Source: an uncultured Clostridia bacterium (GTDB taxonomy: Bacteria > Bacillota > Clostridia > TANB77 > CAG-508). Taken from it: a stretch of 64,000 nucleotides of DNA. Under the pieces are notes generated by a model that was given only the letters and a program-made list of their open reading frames with translations, did no database searches and was not told the DNA's origin. Positions 18,759 to 27,284 of this stretch are shown piece after piece. The stretch is from NCBI GenBank assembly GCA_944389475.1, contig CALXMM010000008.1, positions 2,387-66,386 on the forward strand, in the 5' to 3' direction. The stretch's first letter is position 1; the number at the start of each line of letters is the position of its first letter. Both the position numbers and the translations under genes were made by a program.

Positions 18759-18800
18759 TCTGGGATATAAAGCATCCTCATTTTTTAAAATTCTTATCTT

Positions 18801-20330
18801 TTACACTTCCTTTTTATAAAATTTATTATCTACTTTGTATTGAACTGCCTCTGCAATACAGGATGTATCTATTACTTCTTTCTTATCTAAATCAGCAATA
18901 GTTCTTGCTATTTTTAAAATATTGTTATATGTTCTAATATTGAAATTCATTTTTGTATATAATTTCTCTAATAACTTTTTACTTTCTATATCTAATATAC
19001 AAAATTTTCTTATTTGCTTAGAATTCATTTCTGAATTTGTTGATATATTTTCTTTTATAAATCTTAATTTTTGAATATTTCGAGCAATCTCAACTCTTTT
19101 TCTAATATCTTTACTTTTTTCTAAATTGTTATTAGGATTAATCTCAGAATATTTTACATTTTTTATGTTTAATTGAATATCAATCCTATCTAATACTGGT
19201 CCACTAACCTTAGAAAGGTACCTCTTTATTTTACTTTCTGAACAAGTACATCTTTTATTTGTGCTTCCAAAATAACCACATGGACATGGGTTCATTGCTG
19301 CTATTAAAACAAATTTACAGGGATATATTACTGAACTTTTTACTCTATCTAATTTAATAGTTTGCGAATCTAAAATCGTTCTTAGATTTTCTAATTTTTT
19401 ATTATCAAATTCAGCAAATTCATCCATAAAAAGAACTCCCAAATTTGCCATACTAATGGCTCCTGGCAGTGGATTTCTTCCACCTCCTAAAAATGCGGCT
19501 AAAGTAATATTAGAATTTACTTCTATAAATGGTCTTTTATTTATTATTGTTCCTTCTTTTATATTTCCTAAAACGCTATTTATTTTAGTAATTTCTAAAA
19601 TTTCTTCATAACTTAGTTTTGGAAATATTGTTATTAATCTTTTGGCAAGCATTGTTTTCCCTACTCCTGGTTCTCCAATTAATAAACAATGATGATTTCC
19701 GGCAGCCACAATTTCAAGTGCTCTTTTAGCTTTTTCTTGACCATAAATATCTGCAAAGTCTATGTCATATTTAGCTTCTACATTATTATTTATTTTACTA
19801 ACATTTTTTTCTATGGATAAATTAGAATTAATTTTAACAATCAAATCTTTTAAAGAATCAACATTTACAATCTCTAAGCCATTAACAAGCTTAGCTTCTT
19901 CTATATTTTGAGTAGGTATATAAACTCTTTTAAAACCATATTTTTGTGCTGCTAAACACATTGGTAATATACCTTTTACAGAATTAATCTTTCCATCATA
20001 TGATATTTCTCCTATAAAAATTGAAGAAACAACATTTTCTTTTTTTATAATTCCTAGGTTTATTAATAAACCTACTGCTATTGCTAAATCAAAAGAAGAA
20101 CCCTCTTTTTTTATTTCTGCTGGTGCTAAATTAACACTTACCTTTTTTCCTACTAATTTTATTCCATTATTCTTTATAGCAATGCTAATTCGTTCTTTTG
20201 ATTCTTTAATACTTGTACCTAGCATTCCAACCATATCCCAATGAGGTATTCCAGCTGATACATCTACTTGAACATCTATTAATGTTCCCTCTATGCCTTC
20301 TAAAGCAATTGTATTTACTATTGATAACAA
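18801..20330 (-). CDS. comM: YifB/ComM family Mg-chelatase-like AAA+ ATPase
   Basis: Lon-like N-domain, Walker A GEPGVGKTM, LFMDEF. TTG start after AGGAG. Confidence 0.9.
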   Translation of the reverse strand: MLSIVNTIALEGIEGTLIDVQVDVSAGIPHWDMVGMLGTSIKESKERISIAIKNNGIKLVGKKVSVNLAPAEIKKEGSSFDLAIAVGLLINLGIIKKENVVSSIFIGEISYDGKINSVKGILPMCLAAQKYGFKRVYIPTQNIEEAKLVNGLEIVNVDSLKDLIVKINSNLSIEKNVSKINNNVEAKYDIDFADIYGQEKAKRALEIVAAGNHHCLLIGEPGVGKTMLAKRLITIFPKLSYEEILEITKINSVLGNIKEGTIINKRPFIEVNSNITLAAFLGGGRNPLPGAISMANLGVLFMDEFAEFDNKKLENLRTILDSQTIKLDRVKSSVIYPCKFVLIAAMNPCPCGYFGSTNKRCTCSESKIKRYLSKVSGPVLDRIDIQLNIKNVKYSEINPNNNLEKSKDIRKRVEIARNIQKLRFIKENISTNSEMNSKQIRKFCILDIESKKLLEKLYTKMNFNIRTYNNILKIARTIADLDKKEVIDTSCIAEAVQYKVDNKFYKKEV

Positions 20331-20344
20331 TTATTAATCTCCTA

Positions 20345-20533
20345 AAAAATAAATATAGATTTATCCTAAACCGTAACTAGACATGTATAATAAATTGGAG
20401 TTACTTATTTACGAAAAACGTATCACCTCCCAGGATGCATTATTAACTTTTCTCTTTAGGGTTTTATTTAGATTATAAATTATTGGAATTTAATTTTTTG
20501 ATTTTAAAAAACGATTTAGAATAAATCTATATT
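20345..20533 (-). ncRNA. Candidate ~185-nt structured RNA (sRNA, possibly 6S-like, or the comM leader)
   Basis: On the minus strand, the 5' arm AAUAUAGAUUUAUUCUAAAUCG (20533-20512) pairs over 22 bp with CGGUUUAGGAUAAAUCUAUAUU (20373-20352). Two G-U pairs in this helix would be C-A mismatches on the plus strand. A promoter lies directly upstream and a U-run follows. Confidence 0.45.
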
Positions 20534-20534
20534 C

Positions 20535-20563
20535 TTTATATCACATTATTCCAGATTTGTAAA
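20535..20563 (-). promoter_or_regulatory. Promoter TTTACA-17-TATAAA with extended -10 TG
   Basis: Minus strand: TTTACA at 20563-20558, 17-nt spacer ending TGa, TATAAA at 20540-20535. The predicted TSS falls within the 5' arm of the helix. Confidence 0.55.
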
Positions 20564-20618
20564 TAGTTATTTGCTATTTTCTTTGATTATTTTTTATTAT
20601 CTCTTTTTTTCTCCTTTT

Positions 20619-20645
20619 TTCGACATTTTTTGACATTTTTCGCAT
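20619..20645 (-). promoter_or_regulatory. Three tandem Spo0A-box-like heptamers, ATGCGAA-aaa-TGTCAAA-aaa-TGTCGAA
   Basis: Plus strand: ttcgaca at 20619-25, tttgaca at 20629-35, ttcgcat at 20639-45. Exact 10-bp period, ~55-85 nt upstream of the -35 at 20563. Confidence 0.4.
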
Positions 20646-20695
20646 AAAAAAAGATGGTCTAAAAAAATTAAACTTTTTAGATGCATCCTTAAAAT

Positions 20696-21565
20696 TTATC
20701 CTAGTTCTCTCCTCCAATAGAATAAGTATTGCTGTGCAATTCCTTCTAATTTTCCAAATTTCTTATTAGCTAAATTTATAATTTCTTTTTTGCTGACACT
20801 TTTTTCATCTTCTTTATGTATGTATAAATCATTCATTACTCTTCTTACCCAAACATCTATTGGAAATACATCAAATCTTTTTAATGTAGAAAATAATAAA
20901 ATACAATCTGCTACTTTTTCTCCTACTCCAGAAAGCTTTAATAGCTCATTTCTTATATCGCTAGTTTCTTTCATGTCTTTTAATTTATTTATATCTACAA
21001 CTTTATCTATAACCATAAGTGTAGTTTCATAAACTCTAATATCTCTAAATCCCAAACCCAACTGTCTGTATGCCTCTACGGAAACATCTTTTAATTCTTC
21101 CGGTGTTGGAAAAGTATAATATTCCTTATTATTAAACACTATTTTCTTTCCATAATTCTTAGATAATCTTTCTATTATGCCTTTTATCCTTGGAATATTG
21201 TTATTAGCAGAAATAATAAATGAAATAATGGTTTCCCACAAATCTTGATTTAAAATTCTTATTCCTTCTCCATACTTTATGCTTTCTTTCATGTTATCAT
21301 CTATCTTTGATAATACATTCTTTATTTCGTTATAATCTCTTTCTAAATCAAAATAATCAATTACAGTATTAATTATATCATTCTCACACATTCCTTTAAA
21401 TAGAATGCCATTCTCTGTCTTTTTAACATTTAAAACGTTATTTCCAAATACTCCTGTGTAACTTTTATCTGGTTCTTCATTCCATCTAAAACACTGTCCA
21501 CATTCAAATATATCTTTCAAATTAAAAGAATCGTACTTTTCCAATAAAAATTCTTGATATTTCAT
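20696..21565 (-). CDS. ogg: 8-oxoguanine DNA glycosylase/AP lyase (Ogg, HhH-GPD)
   Basis: FECGQCFRW N-terminal motif and LSGVGEKVADCILLF helix-hairpin-helix. Confidence 0.8.
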   Translation of the reverse strand: MKYQEFLLEKYDSFNLKDIFECGQCFRWNEEPDKSYTGVFGNNVLNVKKTENGILFKGMCENDIINTVIDYFDLERDYNEIKNVLSKIDDNMKESIKYGEGIRILNQDLWETIISFIISANNNIPRIKGIIERLSKNYGKKIVFNNKEYYTFPTPEELKDVSVEAYRQLGLGFRDIRVYETTLMVIDKVVDINKLKDMKETSDIRNELLKLSGVGEKVADCILLFSTLKRFDVFPIDVWVRRVMNDLYIHKEDEKSVSKKEIINLANKKFGKLEGIAQQYLFYWRRELG

Positions 21566-21577
21566 TAAACCTCTCTC

Positions 21578-22411
21578 CTATTTAAATCCTTTACCCAATA
21601 CTTCTCTTGCATTTGCTATTATTATAAATGCATTTTTGTCATTTGATTGTACAATATATTTAATTTTTAACACATCATTCCTACCTGCTGCACACATTAA
21701 GATTAACCTATCTTTATTTTCGAACATGCCCTTTCCATATAATCCTGTTGAACCTCGTTTAATATTTTCTCCAATCTCTCTAGCTATTTTATCATTTTTT
21801 TCTGATATTATAAATATCAATTTAGAAAAATTTGTACCCTCAACAATAATATCAATTACTTTACCCATTAAAATAATTGATATTGCGGAATATAATCCAA
21901 TTTCTATTTCTTTAAAAACAATAACATTTAATAACACAATTGAAGAATCTATAAGCATTATAAGTGTACTCGTTCTATAATTCAAATTATAAGTCTGTAT
22001 TAAATTACTAACTAATTCCGTTCCCCCAGTTGTTGCTTTTGCATTTAAAACGATTCCCGTGCCAATTCCTAAAAGCACTCCACCATAGATACTAGCCAAT
22101 AACCCATCATTTGTAAATGCTGGAAATTTATCTAAAATATCCATAAATACAGAGTACACAACAGAACCAATTATAGAATTAATTAGTATTGTTTTCCCCA
22201 ATCTAAAAAATGTAAAAATTAGTATTGGAATATTTAATATTAAAGTAAAGGTACCTACCGGAATATTAAATAAATAGTATATTATTGTAGATATTCCAGT
22301 AACCCCGCCTGTTGAAAATTTATTTGGTAATAAAAACATTGATGTTCCAATTGCCATTATTAAACAGCCAAATACAATCATAATTAAATTTTTTAAGTAT
22401 TCTTTAACCAT
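21578..22411 (-). CDS. YitT-family membrane protein (DUF161/DUF2179)
   Basis: Multi-TM N-terminal half and a soluble C-terminal domain ending ANAREVLGKGF. ATG 22411 follows AGGTGA. Confidence 0.75.
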   Translation of the reverse strand: MVKEYLKNLIMIVFGCLIMAIGTSMFLLPNKFSTGGVTGISTIIYYLFNIPVGTFTLILNIPILIFTFFRLGKTILINSIIGSVVYSVFMDILDKFPAFTNDGLLASIYGGVLLGIGTGIVLNAKATTGGTELVSNLIQTYNLNYRTSTLIMLIDSSIVLLNVIVFKEIEIGLYSAISIILMGKVIDIIVEGTNFSKLIFIISEKNDKIAREIGENIKRGSTGLYGKGMFENKDRLILMCAAGRNDVLKIKYIVQSNDKNAFIIIANAREVLGKGFK

Positions 22412-22458
22412 AAAAATCACCTATATTACAATTATTTGTAATATAGGCTGTTTTTATG

Positions 22459-23412
22459 CTAATTATCTTCATCTAAAAAATCTGTATATGTTTTTAGGAT
22501 TTTCATTTTATAATTTCCTTTATCTATTTTATCATTTTTCGATATTTGTAATTCAACATCATAAACTTCCTTTAATTTATTTAAATTACAATTATCAATA
22601 CCCTTAACAATATTAATATCCGCTTCGTTAACCTCAATTTCTACAACTTTAACTTTTACATTATAAGATTTAATCATTTCCACAATTCTATCATACCACA
22701 TATCACTTGCAATTAAATCTCTAAAATCCTCTATATCCATATCATCAATATGTTGGCCTTCATATCCTATTGATATACTTTTTATTTTTGCATTACTTAT
22801 TAATTTTATACTCTCTTTGAGTCTTTCAATTAATTGGACTTTAGATAGTGGCTCAAAATCATTTTCATCAAATAATTTTTTAACTTCATTATTATAATTT
22901 ATTTGACAAGGAATTAAAGTAATATGTATTGGTTTTAATCCTATGCTTTGTTTTACTGTATTTAAATCATCTAATGCTGTACTTTCTGGTAATCCAATTG
23001 TTACTGTTATTCCAAGTGCAAATCTTAAAAATTTAATTTGCTTTGCAATTTTTTTTGCATATTCAAATTTAAAATCTGCTCCAATATGTTTTAAAATATA
23101 ATCATTTGATGATTCTATTTTTAATTCAATTTCTTTAACTTTAAATTTTTTTAGAAATTTTAAATTCTTTTTGTCAACACTATCAGGGCTTGAAGTTATC
23201 TTTATTCCATAAATTTTATATTTTTGCATTGTTTCATTAATTTTCGCAAGAATATTCTTTTGATTTTGAATATTAATACTTGTAAAATCTTCATGAACTA
23301 ATTCTAAAAGAATTTTTTTATCCAGATTTTTCTCTATTTCTTTAATATTATCATCTGATATTTGTATGTCATTTTCATTAATTTTTATAGGAATGTATAT
23401 TTTTTCTTTCAT
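22459..23412 (-). CDS. Radical-SAM-fold (Elp3/HemN-like) homologue lacking the CX3CX2C motif
   Basis: IKITSSPDSVDKKNLKFLKKFKVKEIELKIESSNDYILKHIG resembles the radical-SAM TIM-barrel core found downstream of rnc in clostridia. The N-terminus (IPIKINENDIQISDDN) has no Cys triad. Confidence 0.5.
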   Translation of the reverse strand: MKEKIYIPIKINENDIQISDDNIKEIEKNLDKKILLELVHEDFTSINIQNQKNILAKINETMQKYKIYGIKITSSPDSVDKKNLKFLKKFKVKEIELKIESSNDYILKHIGADFKFEYAKKIAKQIKFLRFALGITVTIGLPESTALDDLNTVKQSIGLKPIHITLIPCQINYNNEVKKLFDENDFEPLSKVQLIERLKESIKLISNAKIKSISIGYEGQHIDDMDIEDFRDLIASDMWYDRIVEMIKSYNVKVKVVEIEVNEADINIVKGIDNCNLNKLKEVYDVELQISKNDKIDKGNYKMKILKTYTDFLDEDN

Positions 23413-23423
23413 TAAATCTCCTC

Positions 23424-24092
23424 CTATAATTGTTCAATAGCTTTTTTGGCAGCTTCCATTTCTGCAGATTTTTTAGATGTTCCTGTTCCTGTTGCCAATT
23501 GTTTTCCATCACATCTTACTTCTGCTTCAAACACCTTGCTATGATCCGGTCCACTTTCTTTTAAAATATTATATTCTATCTTAACATTTCCCTTATGCTG
23601 TAGTTTTTCTTGTAAAACAGTTTTATAATCCTTTTGTCCTACATTTTGGCTAGCAAGTTTAATATCATCTTTTAAATTAGAAATTATAAACTCTTTTACT
23701 GGTTCTAATCCTCCATCTAAAAACATTGCAGCAATTACAGCCTCTACACTATCTGCTAAAATAGCCTCATTTTTATTTCCATGATTAGATAATTCGCTTT
23801 TTCCAAGATATAAGAAATCACCAAAATTATGCTTTGTTGCTATTTTGTATAAACTTTTTTCACAAACCACACTTGCTCTAACTTTAGTCATTTCTCCCTC
23901 GTTTAAATTAGGATAATTTACATATAAAAAACTACTAGAAATAAATTCTAATATACTATCACCTAAAAATTCTAATTTTTCATTACTCTGTACTTTTTTC
24001 TCGTATGCATATGATGTATGAGTTAATGCTGTTTTTAGCAAATTTTTATTTTTAAATGTATATCCAATATTTTTTTCAAAATCTTCTAACAT
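23424..24092 (-). CDS. rnc: Ribonuclease III
   Basis: EKLEFLGDSILE signature and a C-terminal dsRBD (SKKSAEMEAAKKAIEQL). Confidence 0.95.
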   Translation of the reverse strand: MLEDFEKNIGYTFKNKNLLKTALTHTSYAYEKKVQSNEKLEFLGDSILEFISSSFLYVNYPNLNEGEMTKVRASVVCEKSLYKIATKHNFGDFLYLGKSELSNHGNKNEAILADSVEAVIAAMFLDGGLEPVKEFIISNLKDDIKLASQNVGQKDYKTVLQEKLQHKGNVKIEYNILKESGPDHSKVFEAEVRCDGKQLATGTGTSKKSAEMEAAKKAIEQL

Positions 24093-24115
24093 TTTAACCT
24101 CCTAAACTGTATCTA

Positions 24116-24143
24116 TTATATAACATTTTTCCATTTTTGCAAA
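24116..24143 (-). promoter_or_regulatory. Candidate rnc promoter TTGCAA-16-TATAAT
   Basis: Minus strand: TTGCAA at 24143-24138 and TATAAT at 24121-24116. Confidence 0.4.
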
Positions 24144-24190
24144 TAATTGTAATTAAAATCTTTTGAAACCTTTATATATTCTTTAAAAGT

Positions 24191-24228
24191 CCAAGAAAAA
24201 AGAAGATATTTCTATCTTCTTTTTGGAT
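24191..24228 (-). terminator. Terminator after the 388-aa coiled-coil gene
   Basis: aaaagaagata-gaaa-tatcttctttt, followed by ttcttgg (minus strand). Confidence 0.65.
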
Positions 24229-24232
24229 TTAT

Positions 24233-25399
24233 CTAGTTTCTTTCTGAATCTTCTTGTCTTGGTGGAAGTGGTGGATTTCCTATTTTATTTTGTCCAGGTT
24301 GTTCTACAGTTTGTCTTTGAGCATTTCTTTGATTTAATTGTTGAATTTGTGCATTTCTATTTTGAACATATGCATTTAATCTTTCTGCTGCTCTAATTCC
24401 TGTGTTTCTTACATTATTTCTTGCAACTTGAATAATTTCTGTAGATTTTTTAGTAACCGTTTCTTTAGCATTTTTAAAATTATCTTTTATCCAATTTCCA
24501 GCAGGTACAAAAACATTATCTTTTAATTTTTGGGATTTATTAATTGCAAACTGAGATAAAAACATAGATATTCTTTTTCTTAAACCTGTTTTTGCTTTAA
24601 AATCTGCTACCTCTTTTTTCTTTTCTTTTGCTGATTCTTTAATTGCTTCTTGTTTTTTATCTTCTAACTCTTCAATTTCTTTTTTTATTTCAGCCAATCT
24701 CTTTTTATTTTGTTCAATTCTAGTTTTATTATAATTGAATGCTCTTTGTTGAGCATCTAAAGCCTTTGTAGAGTTTAAACCTTTTGCTTTTAATGTACTT
24801 TCTAATTCTGAAGCTTCTTGCATAGCTTTTTCATATCCTTCAGTATTTCCTCTTTGCATCTCTAATAAAGCTCTATTTCTTACAGCAGTTATTTGTGGCA
24901 TTATATCCTTCATTTCTTTTGCTGTTTTTTTTGTATTTTTTTGGGTTAATTTTCTTGCTTTTTTTATAGTATGTTGCTCTGCTCTTTTATCAACGTTTTC
25001 TAATTCAAGAGATGTTCTTTCTTGAATTAACTTTTGTATTTTTAAATCATATTCTGAAGCAACTTTAGCAGCACCATCATCATATTTTTCTACTATTTGA
25101 GCTTTTTGTTCTTGATATTGATCATATAATTTTGAACCTTCCTTCATTTTTCCCACTGTAGTCTTTGCCATATTATCCATATTAGTTGATAAGGTTTCTC
25201 TTCCGCTTATAATTGCTTCTCTTGTTTTAGCAGCATTATAAGCGCAACATACTTTAGCAGCTAAAACAGCATTATCTGATATTCTTTTAATTATATCTGC
25301 AGCCCTCATGTCTTCTGATGTTACAGGCTCATTTCTTATTTCTTTATATGCTGTATTTACAGCTTCTGCATGTTCTTGATTATTTTTTTCATCACCCAT
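24233..25399 (-). CDS. K/E/Q-rich coiled-coil protein with a Pro-rich C-terminus, unknown function (module A, large subunit)
   Basis: 388-aa ORF with heptad-like charged repeats, C-terminal ...NVFVPAGNWIKDNFKN... and GNPPLPPRQ. Translationally close to the small upstream ORF (stop TAG, aaa, ATG). Confidence 0.8.
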   Translation of the reverse strand: MGDEKNNQEHAEAVNTAYKEIRNEPVTSEDMRAADIIKRISDNAVLAAKVCCAYNAAKTREAIISGRETLSTNMDNMAKTTVGKMKEGSKLYDQYQEQKAQIVEKYDDGAAKVASEYDLKIQKLIQERTSLELENVDKRAEQHTIKKARKLTQKNTKKTAKEMKDIMPQITAVRNRALLEMQRGNTEGYEKAMQEASELESTLKAKGLNSTKALDAQQRAFNYNKTRIEQNKKRLAEIKKEIEELEDKKQEAIKESAKEKKKEVADFKAKTGLRKRISMFLSQFAINKSQKLKDNVFVPAGNWIKDNFKNAKETVTKKSTEIIQVARNNVRNTGIRAAERLNAYVQNRNAQIQQLNQRNAQRQTVEQPGQNKIGNPPLPPRQEDSERN

Positions 25400-25402
25400 T
25401 TT

Positions 25403-25564
25403 CTACTCATCTCCTAACATTGAATCAAATTCTTTTTCCATTCTTTGATTGCTATTCTCTATTTTCTCCAACAACTCCTTTAACTCTTCAGAAGTCATTC
25501 TATCTAAGTCATATATACGCCCATCAAAGACTACTGTTCCAAATTTTTCAGTTTCATTAACCAT
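25403..25564 (-). CDS. Hypothetical 53-aa protein (module A, small subunit)
   Basis: MVNETEKFGTVVFDGRIYDLDRMTSEELKELLEKIENSNQRMEKEFDSMLGDE*. Below the ORF-track cutoff; ends 3 nt before the 388-aa gene. Confidence 0.55.
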   Translation of the reverse strand: MVNETEKFGTVVFDGRIYDLDRMTSEELKELLEKIENSNQRMEKEFDSMLGDE

Positions 25565-25673
25565 ACGATCACTCTCTTTTTCACATTATTTATCATAAGT
25601 ATATACTTTTTCTTTTATTTAGTACATATCAAAAATATTACATTTGTATGTTTTTTTTGTAACAATTTTCAAA

Positions 25674-25705
25674 TAAAAAAAAGATATCATATCTTGTATG
25701 ATACC
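25674..25705 (-). terminator. Strong intrinsic terminator after acpP
   Basis: Minus strand: GGUAUCAUA-CAAGA-UAUGAUAUC (includes one G-U pair), followed by U8. Confidence 0.8.
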
Positions 25706-25720
25706 TTCTTAATATTTTTA

Positions 25721-25960
25721 TTAAGCATTATCTTTAATATAGTCAACAACATCACTTACAGTAACGATTTTTTCAGCATCTTCATCTGGAATTTCCATAT
25801 CGAATTCTTCCTCCAATGCCATAATTAATTCAACTATGTCTAAAGAATCTGCTCCTAAGTCATCTATAAAAGATGCTTCCATTGTTACAGATGTATCTGC
25901 AACACCTAATTGTTCAACTATTATTTTCTTTACTTTTTCAAATATTTCTTCTTGGGTCAT
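25721..25960 (-). CDS. acpP: Acyl carrier protein
   Basis: [12 protein letters not shown] phosphopantetheine attachment site. 79 aa. Confidence 0.95.
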   Translation of the reverse strand: MTQEEIFEKVKKIIVEQLGVADTSVTMEASFIDDLGADSLDIVELIMALEEEFDMEIPDEDAEKIVTVSDVVDYIKDNA

Positions 25961-26029
25961 TTAACTATGTACACCTCCTCTCACATGTTTTTTCTTTTGA
26001 CTACACAATAATATATTGTTTTAAAAAAG

Positions 26030-27070
26030 TCAAGCTTTATTTTCTTTTTGTTTAAAAAATTCTTCTGTCATCTTTTCTACAGCCTTGTTTTCAACAAATT
26101 TTTCTGCCTGGATTATTGTATATTCAAATAATTTATCATCACTACTTCCATGTGCTTTAACAACTGGTTTTTTTACTCCTAGGAATAATGCTCCTCCATA
26201 TATTTTATAATCCATCTTCCTAGCAAAGCCCTTTATAGCTGGCAAACATGGAATACTACCAAGCTTTGTTAAAAAGTTTCTTTTTAGACTGTCTACCAAA
26301 GAAGCTTTTACTAATTTTCCTACTCCTTCTGTTGTTTTTAAGAATATATTACCAGTAAATCCATCGGTAATTATTGCATGAACCTTACCAGAAAAAGCAT
26401 CTCTACCTTCAATATTTCCAATAAAGTTTATATTTAATTCTTTTGATTTTTCCTTTAACAAATCATATGATTGTTTTGTTAATTCATTACCTTTAGTTTC
26501 TTCTGTTCCTATATTTAATAAACCTATTGCTGGATTTTCTATTCCAAAAGTATTTCTTAAATATATAGAAGCCATTTGTGCAAATTGAAGTAAATTAATT
26601 GGCTTACAATTTGTATTAGAGCCACAATCCATTAATAATAATTGACTTTTATATGCTGGCAAAATTCCAGCTAAGGCTGGTCTATCTATTCCTTTTATTC
26701 TTCCTACAAGTAATGTAGCTCCTGTAAGCAAAGCACCTGAATTACCTGCAGAAATAAAAACATCCCCCTTGCCTTCTTTTAGTAAATTAAATCCTACAAC
26801 CATGGAAGAATCTTTTTTATGTCGTATTGCAACTGTTGGTACATCTTCCATTTCTATTGTCTCTGTGGCATTATGAATTTTTAGTCTTGGAGAAATATCT
26901 GATAGTTTCTCTTTGTTAAATAATTCTTTTACCCTATTATTAATAATCTCTTCGTTTCCTATTAATAATATTTCCGTTGACTGACTTACTTCATTAACTG
27001 CTTTTACAGCTCCTTTTATATTGGCATCTGGTGCATTATCTCCACCCATAGCATCTAGCAGTATAACCAT
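26030..27070 (-). CDS. plsX: Phosphate acyltransferase PlsX
   Basis: LLDAMGGDNAP. ATG 27070 follows GGAGGA. Confidence 0.92.
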   Translation of the reverse strand: MVILLDAMGGDNAPDANIKGAVKAVNEVSQSTEILLIGNEEIINNRVKELFNKEKLSDISPRLKIHNATETIEMEDVPTVAIRHKKDSSMVVGFNLLKEGKGDVFISAGNSGALLTGATLLVGRIKGIDRPALAGILPAYKSQLLLMDCGSNTNCKPINLLQFAQMASIYLRNTFGIENPAIGLLNIGTEETKGNELTKQSYDLLKEKSKELNINFIGNIEGRDAFSGKVHAIITDGFTGNIFLKTTEGVGKLVKASLVDSLKRNFLTKLGSIPCLPAIKGFARKMDYKIYGGALFLGVKKPVVKAHGSSDDKLFEYTIIQAEKFVENKAVEKMTEEFFKQKENKA

Positions 27071-27240
27071 ATTTGTATCCTCCAATTTTTGAATTTTGAC
27101 TTATTAATTTTATTATTACTTTTACAAAAAAGCAATACCTTTTGACCAAATAGTTTAGTTTTCTTGCAATGACTTGAATTTTTTAAAATTTTGTGAATTC
27201 TTATTTCGCTTGTCAGCTTAAATTTGCCTTTTAAAAAGCA

Positions 27241-27274
27241 AGAAAAAGAAGTGCTTTTAAAGCACTTCTTTTTC
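27241..27274 (-). terminator. Terminator after tuf
   Basis: agaaaaagaagtgc...gcacttctttttct long hairpin, followed by a T-rich tail on the minus strand. Confidence 0.75.
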
Positions 27275-27284
27275 TTGTATATTA

